Assembly: GCA_964016885.1 (NCBI GenBank)
Contig: OZ024743.1
Coordinates: forward strand, 285,944,001 to 286,008,000
DNA: 64,000 bases
DNA from: Eledone cirrhosa
Taxonomy: Eukaryota
Direction: 5' to 3'
Notes under the pieces: generated by a model
The model's database searches: none
What the model saw: the letters and a program-made list of their open reading frames with translations, nothing else
What the model was told of the DNA's origin: nothing
Made by a program: the position numbers and the translations under genes
Part shown: one piece after another, positions 26,101 to 39,269 of the stretch
How positions within the stretch are numbered: the stretch's first letter is position 1
Layout of the letters: every line of letters begins with the position of its first letter

Positions 26101-28867
26101 TATGTGATGCTTATATCACCAATGGTACAGTTAGTGTTATGGTAAGTTAGCATTCTGACTGTATATGTAGATTTTTATTATCTTATATGCAAGAATGACA
26201 GTATTTCTAACTCCGTAGTACTAGTTGGGTAAATTTAAAACTGATTGGTTTTACTTTTGTAGAAGTTATAAGATAATTGAAGCAAAGATGGGAATAACAA
26301 TGAGTGGAAGGATTCATGAAATGTGAAGACAATGTACTCTAAACATTGCAGTAATGTAATTGTTTCATGGTGTTGGTTGACCTTGGATCATTATTAAGTG
26401 GTTAATAATTGTTTCTACTTTTGGCACAAGGCCAGAAATTACCCAGTGCATTACCGGTACTTTATTTTATCGACCCCATAAGGATGAAAGGCAAAGTTAA
26501 CCTCGACGGGATTTGAACTCAGACCGTAAAGGGACGTAACTATGCTGGAAAGCATGGCGTCCAATACTACCAATTCACCACCCTCAGTGGTTAATAATTG
26601 TTTCTACTTTTGGCACAAGGCCAGAAATTACCCAGTACATTACTGGTACTTTATTTTATCGACCCCGTAAGGATGAAAGGCAAAGTTGACTTCGGCGGGA
26701 TTTGAACTCAGGATGGAAAGGGCCGTAACTCTATGCGTCAAAGCATGACGTCCGACCCTCTACCGATACTGCCATAATAATTGTTTCTACTTTAGGCACA
26801 AGGCCAGCAATGACCCAGTACATTACTGGTACTTTATTTTATCGACCCCGTAAGGATGAAAGGCAAAGTTAACCTCGGCGGGATTTGAACTCAGACTGTA
26901 AAGGGACGTAACTATGCTAGAAAGCATGGCGTCCGACCCTCTACCCATACTGCCATAATAATGGCAACTTGTTAGACCAGCCTGCTTCTTTCTAATGTAT
27001 TTCTACTGGTGGATGATATTCCTCCTGTTAAAAGATGGAACTGTTATGGAGACATAAACTTGCTATATACACTTGCAATAAAATCCTCATCAAACATCAA
27101 CTACATCATAAGTATTTTCAAGTGTATAAACATTCTATTCCAATACTGACAACAAATGATGGAGAACAGTGGGATCTTTCAGTAGTCAATAATTATGGGT
27201 TAAACATACTGAAGAACAAAAATATTTGCATATTAGGCTTTGCCATGTACTGTATCAGTTTACAGCAGGGTTAAATGGACAACTACAAAAAACAGCATAC
27301 AAAACTATCATAGGTGGAAAGATGAAGGTGATGGTGAGATGGAAAAAACAGGAAGAGTGTTGGCATGAAGGGATTATTAAATAGTGTGGTAGCTACATTT
27401 AAACTGTAAATTGTATATGGAGGGAGTTAGGGAATGGTATTAAGAGGGAAGGTGTGAAAATGATTTGTTACCTTGGAGAAGGTAGATTGAAATTGTTAAC
27501 AGAATCTAGAGTGGGTTGTATATGGAAGAAATTCTAGGATCTGATTGATATACTAATGAGAGAAATGTTGCTGAAACTGAAAGAAAAGGTGTATGCTATA
27601 TGTGTGAGAAGTGCTGTGATTTATGGTGGTTAGAAAGAACAGAAATGAGAATGGTCTGGTGGATAAGTGAAGTATTGCTGAGAGAGAAGACAAACAGTGA
27701 ATTACAGAGGGATAATGGGAATATAACCCGTGATGGATGTCATGAAGAGGAATGAGATGGTTGGGTCATATGTTGAAGGATGAAAATGAATGTGGAAGGA
27801 AGTAGAAGAGGAAAACCAAGAAAGACGGCTTTAAAATGCTTGTTTGTTGTAACTAAGTTAAGGGAAAAAATTGGAATTAATTAATCTTCGATTTTCATTT
27901 GCAGGTTCATCAAATTGTTTTTGGAGCTGTTTGTCCCAAAGTGTTGCCTATATTTTACAACTCTTTTCAATCTGCTTTACCTGCTGTAACATTCCCTTCC
28001 ACAGTCAGTGAAGAAGCACTATTAGCTTTTTGTGAATACATGTACGATGGTGTACTGGAACTAGATAAAAATATCCTGTCTCAATTGAAAATTATTGCCC
28101 AGTGTCTTGATATGCAGGGTTTTGATCAACTCTGTAACAACCAGCTAAAATTAACAGAAAATTCAGTATCAGTGCCATCAGATATGTCAATAGTTGAGCC
28201 TTGTTCTTCGTCAAGACTAATCTCAGACAGTAGTACAAACACACAAATTGCAAGCCAAGATAATTTCACCCCTGTTTCTCAAGTAATTCCTAACAAGCGT
28301 AATCTTGAGGAAAGTTCCAGTGAACTTTCACACAAATTTCCAACAGAGATAAAAAGGAAACTTATGGAACAAGAAATCTGTGATACCAACAATGAAGATG
28401 ATGATGCTAACAGTAACCATGAAGATAACTTAATTAACAAACCACAGATTAAAGTAGAATTGATTGGTCCAGATGATCATCGATATGGATACCAGGATAT
28501 TTTTTCCACACAACAGGGTTCAGACCCTTCTGATGCTGATATAACTCAGTCAAGCTTGCTTTCTCATAATACAGCTCTGGATAGCTTTGAGCAGAGTATG
28601 GTCATACAGCAGGCTGAACAAGCTTTACAATCATCTTCATCCCTCTCTCCTCATTATTCTCTTCACTCAGAATCTCATCCAGTTGGCTACCTAACTTCTA
28701 CATCAGTTCGTAGAATAGTAAGTTGTGATAAATTCCAAAATATGAAAATCTCAGAAAATCCAAAGCCTTATCCTGTTAATTTGTTCAGTGCAATCGGTGA
28801 GTCATTATCTTTATCTTCATCCAATGTACAGTTGGATGAAGATACAGATAGTGGCACTGTAACCTAG
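23191..28867 (+). CDS. BTB/POZ-domain protein, tandem copy 2 (exons 23191-23255, 24159-24334, 25832-26141, 27905-28867; first exon probably 17020-17542 and/or 18895-19375)
   Basis: Same exon phases as copy 1, GT-AG introns, intact BTB domain. Exon length differences versus copy 1 are multiples of 3 (24 and 21 nt in the middle exons). Confidence 0.88.
23351..24116 (+). mobile_element. Non-autonomous Helitron in an intron of BTB copy 2
   Basis: 5' a|TCtttatctataaaaacgaaaatgtctgtctgt; 3' cccggcaacaacggcg...tgCTAG|t; absent from the equivalent intron of copy 1. Confidence 0.7.
26403..26955 (-). mobile_element. Three head-to-tail tRNA-derived SINEs of about 180 bp each
   Basis: Units about 26403-26585, 26592-26773 and 26775-26955. 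On -, A-box-like tggcagtatcggtag, B box gagttcaaatccc, core ctttgcctttcatccttacggggtcgataaaataaagtacc, and (tta)n tail. Confidence 0.85.
27310..27835 (+). mobile_element. Old RTE LINE fragment in an intron
   Basis: Vestiges of LKGKVY..CVRSAVIYG, ERTEMRMV.W, RWLGH and RRGKPRKT; a similar piece lies at about 3270-3500. Confidence 0.6.
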
Positions 28868-30806
28868 CGTGTGTAATATGGTTTTCCAGATTCATTTCAC
28901 TTATGCCACTAAAGTTCTTATCAGATCCAGTACCTAATCAAAAGGAAATCATTAGTATTGCTATCTGGCAATTCTCTTGTTGAGAGAAGATTATTTGTTT
29001 TTCTATGATTGTGAACATTTTAGAATAGAAAATGTTATAATTCTTTCTAACAGTGACACATGGCAAGTAATTTGAGGGAAGGGAAACTCTATTATATCAA
29101 CTCCAATACTTAACTGGAAGGATGAAAAGCAAAGTTGACTTCAGCAAGAGGAAATAAGTAATTCACATTGAATTAATCAAATTATAAAATGTTTGAATCC
29201 TGTATAAAACATGAAAAACTGCAATTTTCTGTCAAATGGATGACTTTTTTTTTAAATTAAAATTATAAGAGAATGTCAAGGCAAACATTAATACATGTAT
29301 AAAAGACATTTTTGAGTAATTTTTGTTTGTTTTTTGTGGGTAAGACACATCTTAGAGCCACAAGTGGTTCTTAAAGGTTGATGCTCTTAGTTCTCGTTTC
29401 ATCATTAAGCGTATTGGATAAATCTTCTGGCAAGGGCACCCATCCATTGCACAGAAAGGTGGGATACTGCTAATTCTCGACTGCTTAGCAAACTAGACCA
29501 TATAATCCTATCATGAAAATATGAAACAAAATCCTTCCAATGGATTTCTACTCCCAACTTGACAATTTCATTGTTACTTGTCTTTGCTGTTTTTTTTATA
29601 GTATACTTACCATATTTCCAAGTGTTGCTTTACATTAGAAATATAGCATGATTTCTAATATCTGTTATTATTAGATCCTGCACACTATCTATATCATCTC
29701 ATACACTTAAGACCCATTGGTACATCTATTTGACCCTTCTTTTTGTGTAAATTGTGGTTTATGTGTAGCTGCACAGCTACAATACAAGCCAATAAATTCA
29801 GCTCTACCAACTAGATGGCTGTTACCCACTGCCTCAACACCTGCAAATTCTGCAGCTAGTCAATGTTTCTCTCAGGCTAGATAATTATATTTGGTTTTTA
29901 ATGCCCAATGCATTAAATATGTTGATGCTATCTTGAATATTGTTTTTCATGCTGATGACACTCGATGAATAATTTTTTTTAGTAATTTTCACAAATAAAG
30001 TAAAACATTGTTGAGAAAAGGAGTTTTCTTGAATCTCTCAACTCCATATAGTATTTTAGATATAACTTTATTCTTTCATGATAGGTAAACCTCTGTGATC
30101 ACAAAGCCTGACAAATTTCAAATCACACCAAAAAAACATTAGATAATGTGGTTTTAAATATATTGCCTTGAAAAAAGACAGAATAATCATGGCTGGAACA
30201 CCTTTTATTCATAAGTCTGCTTGATTAAGGTAGTGAGGAAAACATGTGGAACATAATACATTTGGTTGAAATGAGGGTGGTGAGGTAGACATGTGGAACA
30301 TAATACATCTGGTTGAAATGAAGAAAATTGTTATATCCAATGAGCTTATTTTCAACTTTTAGATTTGAAATTCTGGTTATTTTATTATATATATTCTTGG
30401 AAGGACAGTTGTGTTTCAGAAATGTTAAGATGCCAGGTAGAAAACTTTACATTATTCAAGATTCATCCATTTACATTCTGAGTTCAAATACTGACTTGGT
30501 CAATAAGTATTGTACTCTGTGATAATTTCAATCAACCCAACCCATCCTCTAGAACTGTGGTCAGGATCAAGTTGGCCATATGTAGACCTTTATGGTGTTG
30601 TCTGTTGGCCTCAATTTAATTTATATAATAAATATACATGGACAAAAAAAAAAGGAAAAAAAGTTGCTAGCTGCTGCTCTAGAATTCTGTGGCATTTTAA
30701 GAAATCATCTGACACAAAGCAGTACTTTAATTACAGTACAAATATTTATGGGTCTAGGTTCAAATACAATCAACTCTATATTTATCCCTCAAAAATTGTC
30801 AATCAG

Positions 30807-32217
30807 AACAGTGGAAAACTGCCAGTGTCATTCCTCTGTTCAAAAAGGGTGACCGCACATCACCTGTGAACTATCGTCCAGTCAGTCTTACTAGTTGCAT
30901 CGCCAAACTGATGGAATCCTGTGTCAGAGAAACACTTTGGAACTTTTGGAGCTCTCACAGTCTTATCCGGCCCTCGCAATTTGGATTTATCCCCAACTCC
31001 AGCTGCTGTGATCAACTTATAGAGTTTCTTGAGGACATCACCCGGATCACTGATGGCGGCTCATGGGTGGATGTTGTTTACCTTGACTTTGCGAAGGCCT
31101 TCAATTCTGTGCCACACAAAAGGCTTATGGCAAAACTCTCTGCAATGGGTGTGAAGGATGATCTTTTTAACTGGTTGAAGTCCTTCATTCTCAGTCGAAG
31201 AGAGGTAGTCACGGTTCTGGGACAGCATTCCTCACCATATGAGATGTCATCTGGTGTACCTCAGGGATCTGTTCTTGGCCCCATTTTGTTTGTGGCATAT
31301 ATTAATGACATAGATGCCAACTTAAGGAATGCCACAGTACTAAAGTACGCAGACGACATCAAGCTGTACCTTGAGATAAAAAGGACAGATCCTGAACACT
31401 AGATCTTGCTTGCAGTCTGACCTGGACACAATGCAACAGTGGATCTCAGACTGGCAACTCAAGCTAGCTGTGGACAAGTGCACCACCATGCATTTTTGGA
31501 GTAAAAACCCAGCGTCCACATACTCCCTCCACAGCACTAATATCAAGAAGTCTTCCTGGGCATTACGGTCAGCAGCGATTTGCGTTGGACGAGGCACGTC
31601 TCTAAAATTGTCAAGAGGGCCAAGGGTGTCTTAGCATCACTCAACAAGACCTTTGTCAGCCGCTCTCCAGATATCTATTTAAGGCTGTATACAGCTATGG
31701 TGCGACCACACTTAGAATTTGCATCACCAGTCTGGAACCCCTATCTTGCTCAGGACATTGACCGCCTGGAAACTGTTCAGAGACGTGCAACCAAGCGAAT
31801 ACCCTCCATCAGGCATCTACCATACTCTGGGCATGGATTCATTGAAGCTCCGACGCCTGGCAACTGACTTGGTAAACACCCACAAAATTGTTAACCATGT
31901 TGCCAACAACCCTGAGTACCTTTTCGATTTCCATGTGTCTAACACACGTGGACATGCCCACAAAGTAAGAAAACAGCACAGTTCCCATGACTTTCGGAAA
32001 CATTTTTTCATGCTCAGAGTTGCTGAAGCATGGAACAAACTACCTGCATCAGTTGTTAGCTGTCGAGACACTGCATCCTTTAAGGCCTCCATGCTTCCCG
32101 AGATCCGCCAACAGAACAGCTAACACATACTTCCCTGACATTTGTGTATTATTCTATGTACTATATTGATGAGTTGTAGTGCACCTGAGCACTTTACACA
32201 ATAATTTCATTATTATT
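30807..32217 (+). mobile_element. 5'-truncated CR1-clade LINE (RT pseudogene)
   Basis: NYRPVSLTS, VYLDFAKAFNSVPH, SGVPQGSVLGP, YADDIK, VRPHLEFA; 3' UTR gatgagttgtagtgcacctgagcac followed by (att)n; stops and deletions. Confidence 0.92.
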
Positions 32218-32229
32218 AAATATTTCTCA

Positions 32230-32790
32230 AAGTTGCAAATTACACAGAACAGTTTCAGTCTGAAGAGTGAGTAATGGCTATCAATTATACTGGATGAAGT
32301 TAGTCTTTCTCTATTCAAAGTCTGAATACCCTACTTGTTTGTTTCCCTTGGAGCCTAAATGTGCTGAAGTACTACATCTCCTGTCTTGGGAAACAAACTG
32401 CATGAAACTCGCTAGAAAATAAAGCAACATTCTATACAATACCCATACCTTCCAAAATCTGACACTTCAAATATTGTAAGCAGTGGATGTATTTTGCTTG
32501 TTGCTGCACAAGTATCATCTGGAAAAAACATGCTTTTATGCATCACAGGCTGCAAGCTCTTCCAGCTTCCAAATTACTGCCGATCCTTCTGGCCTAGATT
32601 ATCTCTACCAAATTTGCAGAATCATGTCACAAAGAATCACATTTCCAAGAACAACCTAACATTGTTACTTCCAATATCTCAAAGTTCATGAAAACAGTAG
32701 TTCTGAATTTGACTGTTTCATGTAATTTTAGGTAAGTACCATCTGCTATAGCTTTGCATTGACCAATGAATGAAATTTGGTAGATGAAAA
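32230..32790 (-). pseudogene. Decayed casein kinase II beta-like relic, copy 2
   Basis: Colinear motifs QISFI, LCDMIL (DMIL at 32628-32617), LEELAA, SR*YLCSNK and DFG.YGYC versus CK2beta EVSWI, ALDMIL, IEQAA, ARYILTNR and DFGYC; shares gtgctgaagtact with 16081-16093. Confidence 0.45.
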
Positions 32791-34559
32791 CTGCAGAGGT
32801 CCAGTGTGTGTGGATATATATATACATGTTGCCTCTTAGCTCAGTATCACTGGAGCTAAGCTTCCACTGCCCTAATGAGTTGCTCCATATGGCATATGCA
32901 ACCTGCGAAACCCTACCTTCCATGCATCATTGCAACACTGGCACTACAACACTATAATTGTTTAAATTGCTTGCCTAAAAATTCCAGCATGTGTATGCTC
33001 TGGCAGCTACAGCAAGCCTCTATCTACTATGTAATGCAAGACATGTCTCCCACTATTCAGCAATTTCGTTAGTTCTCCCTCTGTGATTGTCAACATTGAG
33101 TGGCAAGGAGTGCTGCTATGAATTGCATTATTTTAAAGTGTGTATACTTGCAGCTGGAGACTGCCAGTGAAAGCACAAATCAGAATACAAATAATGGTTT
33201 GATATAGGCACAAGGCCAACAATTTTAGGGGAGGGGTAAGTCAATTAAATCGACCCTGTAAGGATGAAAAGCAAAGTTAACCTCAGTGGGATTTGAACTC
33301 AAGATAATGTTTCATAGTCCATGAAGCCATCATGCTTGTTCTTCCAGTGGAGCAAGTGATAAATATGCAAGCTGGACTATCAGCCCACAGGGAAAGCTAT
33401 TTTTCCACCTGTTGGAATCTGAATGCTGAAGGCTGTATTACACAAATATTAACTAAGCTTGTGTTGGGTGACACTTCTCAGAAAAGAAACTTAGTATTCA
33501 CAATGAAATCAATCTGGCTGGTTTGCTCATTTGATTGGTAAGAAACTAAGTGACTGACCAGTTTTCTAAGTTTGTGTTGCAGATGGTTAGGTCATTTGTA
33601 TAATAAAACTTTAGAAGTCCTGATACCCCCTTTGTTTCTCAAGCCATACCATGGACACCAGAGTAGCTCTCCTGATGTTGCCCAACATGCCCATGAACAT
33701 TGCCAGCCATGATTCTGGCTAAGCTATGAAAAAAGCTTTGCAAACCATCAATGAATGGGTCACAAAACAATTTGGCAGACTTTGACTTCTTTGGTGTATA
33801 GAGGTGGGTAAAATATAATTTTTTTTCTTGATGCAGTCCAAACAGAAGAATATATAAATTTAAGATATGCTACATGTACAAATCTGACATTTAAAAAAAT
33901 ATTTGTAGTCATTTTTCAAATATATTCATCACTCTTTGCATTGTTTATAAATATTGTATACTATAAAGCCAATGAGGAAGCTTCTATGATGTCACTTTAC
34001 TTGCTAGAAATAACAGCTAAAAATCTCTTAAAAAGGAAGGACGTATTGTAATCCTTGATATACAAACAGACACAATGATTATAGGTCTGCAGGTTAGACA
34101 ATAATATAGTGTACTGTTGTGTAAATATGACATTTATATGTATACAATAACATGATTGTCAAACACACTCACTGGTGTGCCACAGATTTCTCATTTGCCA
34201 CAATGGAACCTATGAGTTTTCACTCTTTTTATATCTAGAGTACTCTTTAATCCTGACAGATAACATCTCTAATGCTGATTGTATGATAAAATGCACTCAG
34301 AACATACTATAAAGTGGGTGATGGTAAGAAGGGCATTCAGATATTTAAAAAAAAAACATGGCAGACAATGACAGAGATTGATAGTTTTCTCTTTTGTGTG
34401 AATGAGATAAAGGACCACAACAAATATTGAGACTGCTGTCCAACTTATGCAGGCATGGAAAAACAAACAAAATGATGATACCGTACAATATCCATCCCTA
34501 TGACAATTAACTGTTGTTGAACCAGTTTCTTCATCTGTATATGGGTACCATGTGGAAGT

Positions 34560-35340
34560 ACATTATTCTCAAGCACTGTGTAACTAAGAAATGTTTTGTT
34601 GACTTGGAAAGCAAGCTCAAATTCCATTATGATCCTTTTCGGGTTTGGAACGAAGAAGTGTATGTTCTTTGACACAAACACACCCACACATCAGCCAAGA
34701 CTGGTGAGATTGATACATTTAATGTTTCTGAGTAAGTGCAAGCTGACAGCTAGGGAATTCCTGAAGGTCATTATTTTGGGGAGGAAGGCCTGGATGAAGT
34801 GGTTGTTGGGTCAGTGAAGGAGGAAGACCAATATTGTCTTGGTGATGAGAAGAGGAAACACGAGTGAGACTGGCATGCTTGAATGCAGGAAACTCAAGAC
34901 CTGCCAGTTCCAAGGAGCAAAGGCCACTATAGTTGCAGTAGAAAGGGGAGGCATGAGTGTGATGCTGAGAAACTAACCTCAGTATATCTGGTTTGATTTT
35001 TTCAAGGACAAGCAAAGATCTCTTTTTTCAATGATTTTCAGGTGGCAAAAAAGATCATTCTGATTGAACTGCTGATTCTGTGGAAAGATGGATGTGAGGA
35101 AACTTTGGTGAAGAAGGCCACTAATTACTAGGACCTGCTTCAACAATGTAGGAATAAATGGTTGTAGCAAGCCTGGTTATTTCTAGTTAAAGTTGGTTGC
35201 AGATATTTTCTGGCAGTCTGCATGGAAGACAGAGAACAGCAGGAAGAGAAAGTCAGTTGCTCACTGTCTGGAGGAGGAAATGAAAAATGCTACCTGTTGG
35301 CTCTGGAACGGGTGAGAGCTGAGCTGATCTGGAAACCAAG
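34560..35340 (+). mobile_element. HERO/NeSL-like non-LTR retrotransposon remnant with restriction-like endonuclease; further debris possibly back to about 33000
   Basis: VAKKIILIELLILWKDGCEETLVKKATNY*DLLQQCRNK, then KVGCR and ATCWLWN, matching the C-terminus of REL-encoding elements. Confidence 0.65.
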
Positions 35341-35539
35341 AGAATATTAGCGATGACCAACCATCACTGCTGACCCACTCTCTGGAAAATGCTGTGGTTA
35401 ATGTTGAAACACTTGAGGAAAGTTGGATGCCACCTGATGATGACTTCACCTGGCTGAATGTTTTATCATCTTCAGAACTATAACTAAATACTTTGTAGCA
35501 TTTATATGACATTCTAATGATTCTGCCAAATCACTGTCC

Positions 35540-37295
35540 CAATAATAATAATTCATCTTAATACCAAACACCAAGCCCCAAAAGTACAGGCTCATATGGC
35601 TGTAAAGGTTAATTTATCATCAACAAAACCAAAGACTGTAAAAAGAAAGAATTGTCTTAGCATGACATGCATTGACTACCAGAAAGTGAATTTTAAAAAC
35701 ATTAGCCATGAGTAAGGTAGCACTAGTAATAAGAAGATACATAAAACATGTTATGAGTAAACGGTGAACAGTGTTGCAGGTACAGACAAAAGGGGGGACT
35801 ATAAAAATTAAACCCATCTCAATTAGAAGAGGAATATTGTAAGAGGACTCCCTCTCTTTTCTCCTCTTCAGTCTGATACTGACAAGTTAAACAAAACTGT
35901 ACTTGGGTACAAATGCTATGAGATAATCAACCATCCTTTGTATATGGATGATCTCTATTTGGACATTGTAGATCAGCAACTACAAACATTACTAAGACAG
36001 TACATGGATTTACCAGAGAAGTTGATATGAGATTTTGTTTAGAAAAGTATGACAAAGAGAGGAGGATTAACTAAAAACTCTAATGTCATGCTAGATAAAG
36101 AAACTGAGATAAGAGAATTAGATCAAACATAGACATACAAATATTTAGAAATCTGTGAACTACAGTGAATAACACACACAAATCATAGAAAAGTCCAAGA
36201 AGGAATATTCTAAGTTTCCCAGTAATAAGTTACAGTTATAATATTCTTAATTTGACAGTAAACAAACTAGCAAGACTAAACAGAAAATCATGAAAAATAT
36301 TGACTGCATTTAGAATATACCATCTAAAATCTGATACAGAAAGATTATATTTACTGTGAATTATGTGCAACTAGAAAAAATTATAAAATATCCACAGGAG
36401 CTCTACACAAATACCTAGTAAAGAATAATAGAGAATTAATACAAATGGCTATAAAACATTAACAAAACAAACATTTTTTTCTGTCTTACATAGCCAGCAT
36501 ATATAAATCAGAAGCTGAAATGACAAATAGTTATATATATTTTTTAAAAAAAGAAGAAACAACAGCAGAAATTGTGAAAATGCAAAAATCTAAACTTAAA
36601 ATAAGTCAACAGAATGCCATGATAAAACAATGGCAAAAAAAATCCCAACATATCTAATACCCCCTCCCTTATTTGCAGCAGAAACCACCACAAACACATA
36701 ATGAAGCAGTCTATATTCAATAACTGCAGAATATGTGCAGTTAGGGAAGAAACAATTATTCACATTGTCTGTGACTGCTTAGTCTTAGTCAAGAATGAAT
36801 ATATCTACAGATATGAAAGAGTTGGAATTTATATGCACAAGACAAAATCAAAGAGAATGACAAAACAACTATATTCATGAATTTGCCAATACAGACTGAC
36901 AAAACTAATCAACCAAATATTGTAGTAAAAAAACTACCAGGAAAAGAAATGCCTCCTAATCAATGTATCACTCAAAGAAATGGAAAAATTCCCAAATATC
37001 GACATTGAAACAGAAACAGTTCCTATAATAGGTGCCTTGGGAATGGACCCCCACCCCTCACCCTTCCTAAAAAATATATAATCAAAACCCAAAGACTTAC
37101 AAATATGCACTACAGAAAATAGCATTATGAGATACTGCACATGTATTACATAAAGTGGTTTCTTTACAATAGAAACAACACCACCAAAACATTTCCACAT
37201 AACAAAGGCACATAGAACTGCACTTGTTGATGCAGTGATAGCGTGCACACAAATAAAAACACTACTGAATACTAGTAACCATAAAAATAATAATG
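35540..37295 (+). mobile_element. R4/Dong-like non-LTR retrotransposon, decayed
   Basis: IRRGIL*EDSLSFLLF, NHPLYMDDL, TYKYL, QPNIVV...KCLLINVS, TVPIIGALG, LQKIAL*DTAHVL, and (taa)n tail. Confidence 0.8.
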
Positions 37296-38479
37296 ATTTG
37301 TAACATAGGTACAAGTTCATAAATTGTGGACTTTAATGGATTATATCAACTGCAGTATTTGAGTGGTGCTTATTTTATCATCCATAAGAGAAGAAAGGCA
37401 ATGTCAACGCTGATGGAAATTGAACTCAAAAACTGAAGGGATGCAAGAAACATTGCAGAGCAGTTTATCTAGTAATTTGTGATGTAAAGATCCTCAGCTA
37501 CTGAATTAATGGTCATAACAAACGTTACTAAATTGATTGCCATGAATCTATCTCTGAGCTAACATCTTCCACTTGTTTCATAACTAAGTGGTTAGTAGCA
37601 GGAAGAGCACCCAGCTATAAAAACAAAATCTATTCACCACTATACAAAATGTCCAAATTTTTATACCCATGCTCGTATAGAAAAGTGAATGTAAAACTGA
37701 AAGAAAAAAATGCTTTTCTACTCTCAAGTATCAGATACATCAGCAGGTAGAACAAGCTGTAGAATTTGTGTTTAAGTTGTAATAACAACTTACTGTTCCA
37801 AATATGTCAAATATCAAGGATAAAAACACAATTTGAAGAGAGTAAATTCACAATGGCAACAATTCCTCTCAGCATTAATCAATTTCTGATAAAAGAATAG
37901 TTATCATCAATTAACAAAAAATGTTTTTTAGTAATTATCAATTAATTATTAGTCATCCCAGATAATTAGCTTGTAGCCAAGCAATTAGCCAGTATCCATT
38001 CCTATCCTAGGTTAGGGTTGAATTTCAATCAATGAAGGATGCAGATCACAAATTAAATTACCAACAAGAGAAGTGAGTGTAAATATATTAAAAATAAAAT
38101 ACAAATGGGTACAGCAGATATGTCATACCTTATGAGTTAAACAAATGAGATCTTCATACAGATTCGGTATAAGACTGACTGGAGGACACATACCTCTTTT
38201 CTGTTATGAACTGGCCTTGGGAGCCCCTGGATAAACATTTACATTTTGCATACATTAATATCAGTAAAAAGTACTTTAGGTTTGAATTAAGTGGACATAG
38301 ACCACCATAAAATTATAGATAATAAATGATTTCCAATTCATTATTAAAATGCTAATTTACTGTGAAATTCAATGAATAACTGTAAATGACAATCATTTTG
38401 ATCTTAGACAGGTACAATGTTTCCCTTTCAACTGCGTGTATGTTTGTGTATAAGTATGTGGATGTATATATGTATGGGT

Positions 38480-39220
38480 GCATATGTGCACTCATCAGTA
38501 GCCCCAATGATATGAGCCAAGACAATGTGGGAGAACCTTAGGTGCAAGCCACCTCATGGTCCCAGAAGACTGAATGGAGAAAGCGTAGCCCTGGATATAC
38601 CGAGGGTGATGTGTTGAAATAGCCCATACTCACTCCTGAAGGTGACAAACTCTGCTCTGATAGCATTGACTAAGGAGGTGGTACGAGGACCAAGAATGCT
38701 AGAAGTCTCCACCATTACAGGCTCAACCTGCAGCTGGGATTTGTGGATCTGGAGAAGGCTTTTGATGGGGTTCTCTGCTCTATTATCTGATGGGCACTAA
38801 GGAAGCAAAGTGTGGATGAGTGGCTCTAGAGGGCTGTACAGGCCATGTGTGGAGGTGAAACCAGCAGGTTGAGGGTTGACAGTAGGCACAGTAATGAAAT
38901 TGAATGCTGATGATCTTGTCCTCATATTTTGAATCTGAAAGGGTGTTGGAGGCAAAATTCCAGACATGGAGTAGGAATCTGGAATCAAAAGCCTGGCACA
39001 AACTAAGGTCTTGGTAGGTGGGAAGAACAGAAACATGATACTATGGGGAAAGTAGCCTTATCTGATATGTGGTTGAGGGATGGACATAAGTTCTTATGTT
39101 GATGTGTGTAGTGATTATTTTACATATAGGTTGGTGTTAGGAAGGGCATCCAGCTGTAGAAATCAAGCCAGAATCAGTTCCCGTCCCACCCTTGTAAGCA
39201 GGGAAAAAGCGGAGTAAAAT
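38480..39220 (+). mobile_element. Internally deleted RTE LINE remnant plus a 3' module
   Basis: FVDLEKAFDGV...WALRK..VDEWL at about 38740-38830; 3' module at 39128-39220 nearly identical to 12699-12790. Confidence 0.65.
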
Positions 39221-39269
39221 GAAAAAATAAAATGAATATAGCCAATTTTTTTATAATTGAATATCCATC

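Noticed and set aside
26403-26955. Regular repeats resembling a CRISPR array
   Set aside because: Units are about 180 bp, similar along their whole length with no unique spacers, carry Pol III A/B boxes and occur singly elsewhere (44131): SINEs in a eukaryote.
30866-31402. Reverse transcriptase ORFs as a retron, DGR or group II intron system
   Set aside because: Motifs, APE domains, 3' microsatellite tails and 5' truncation identify ordinary CR1/RTE LINEs.
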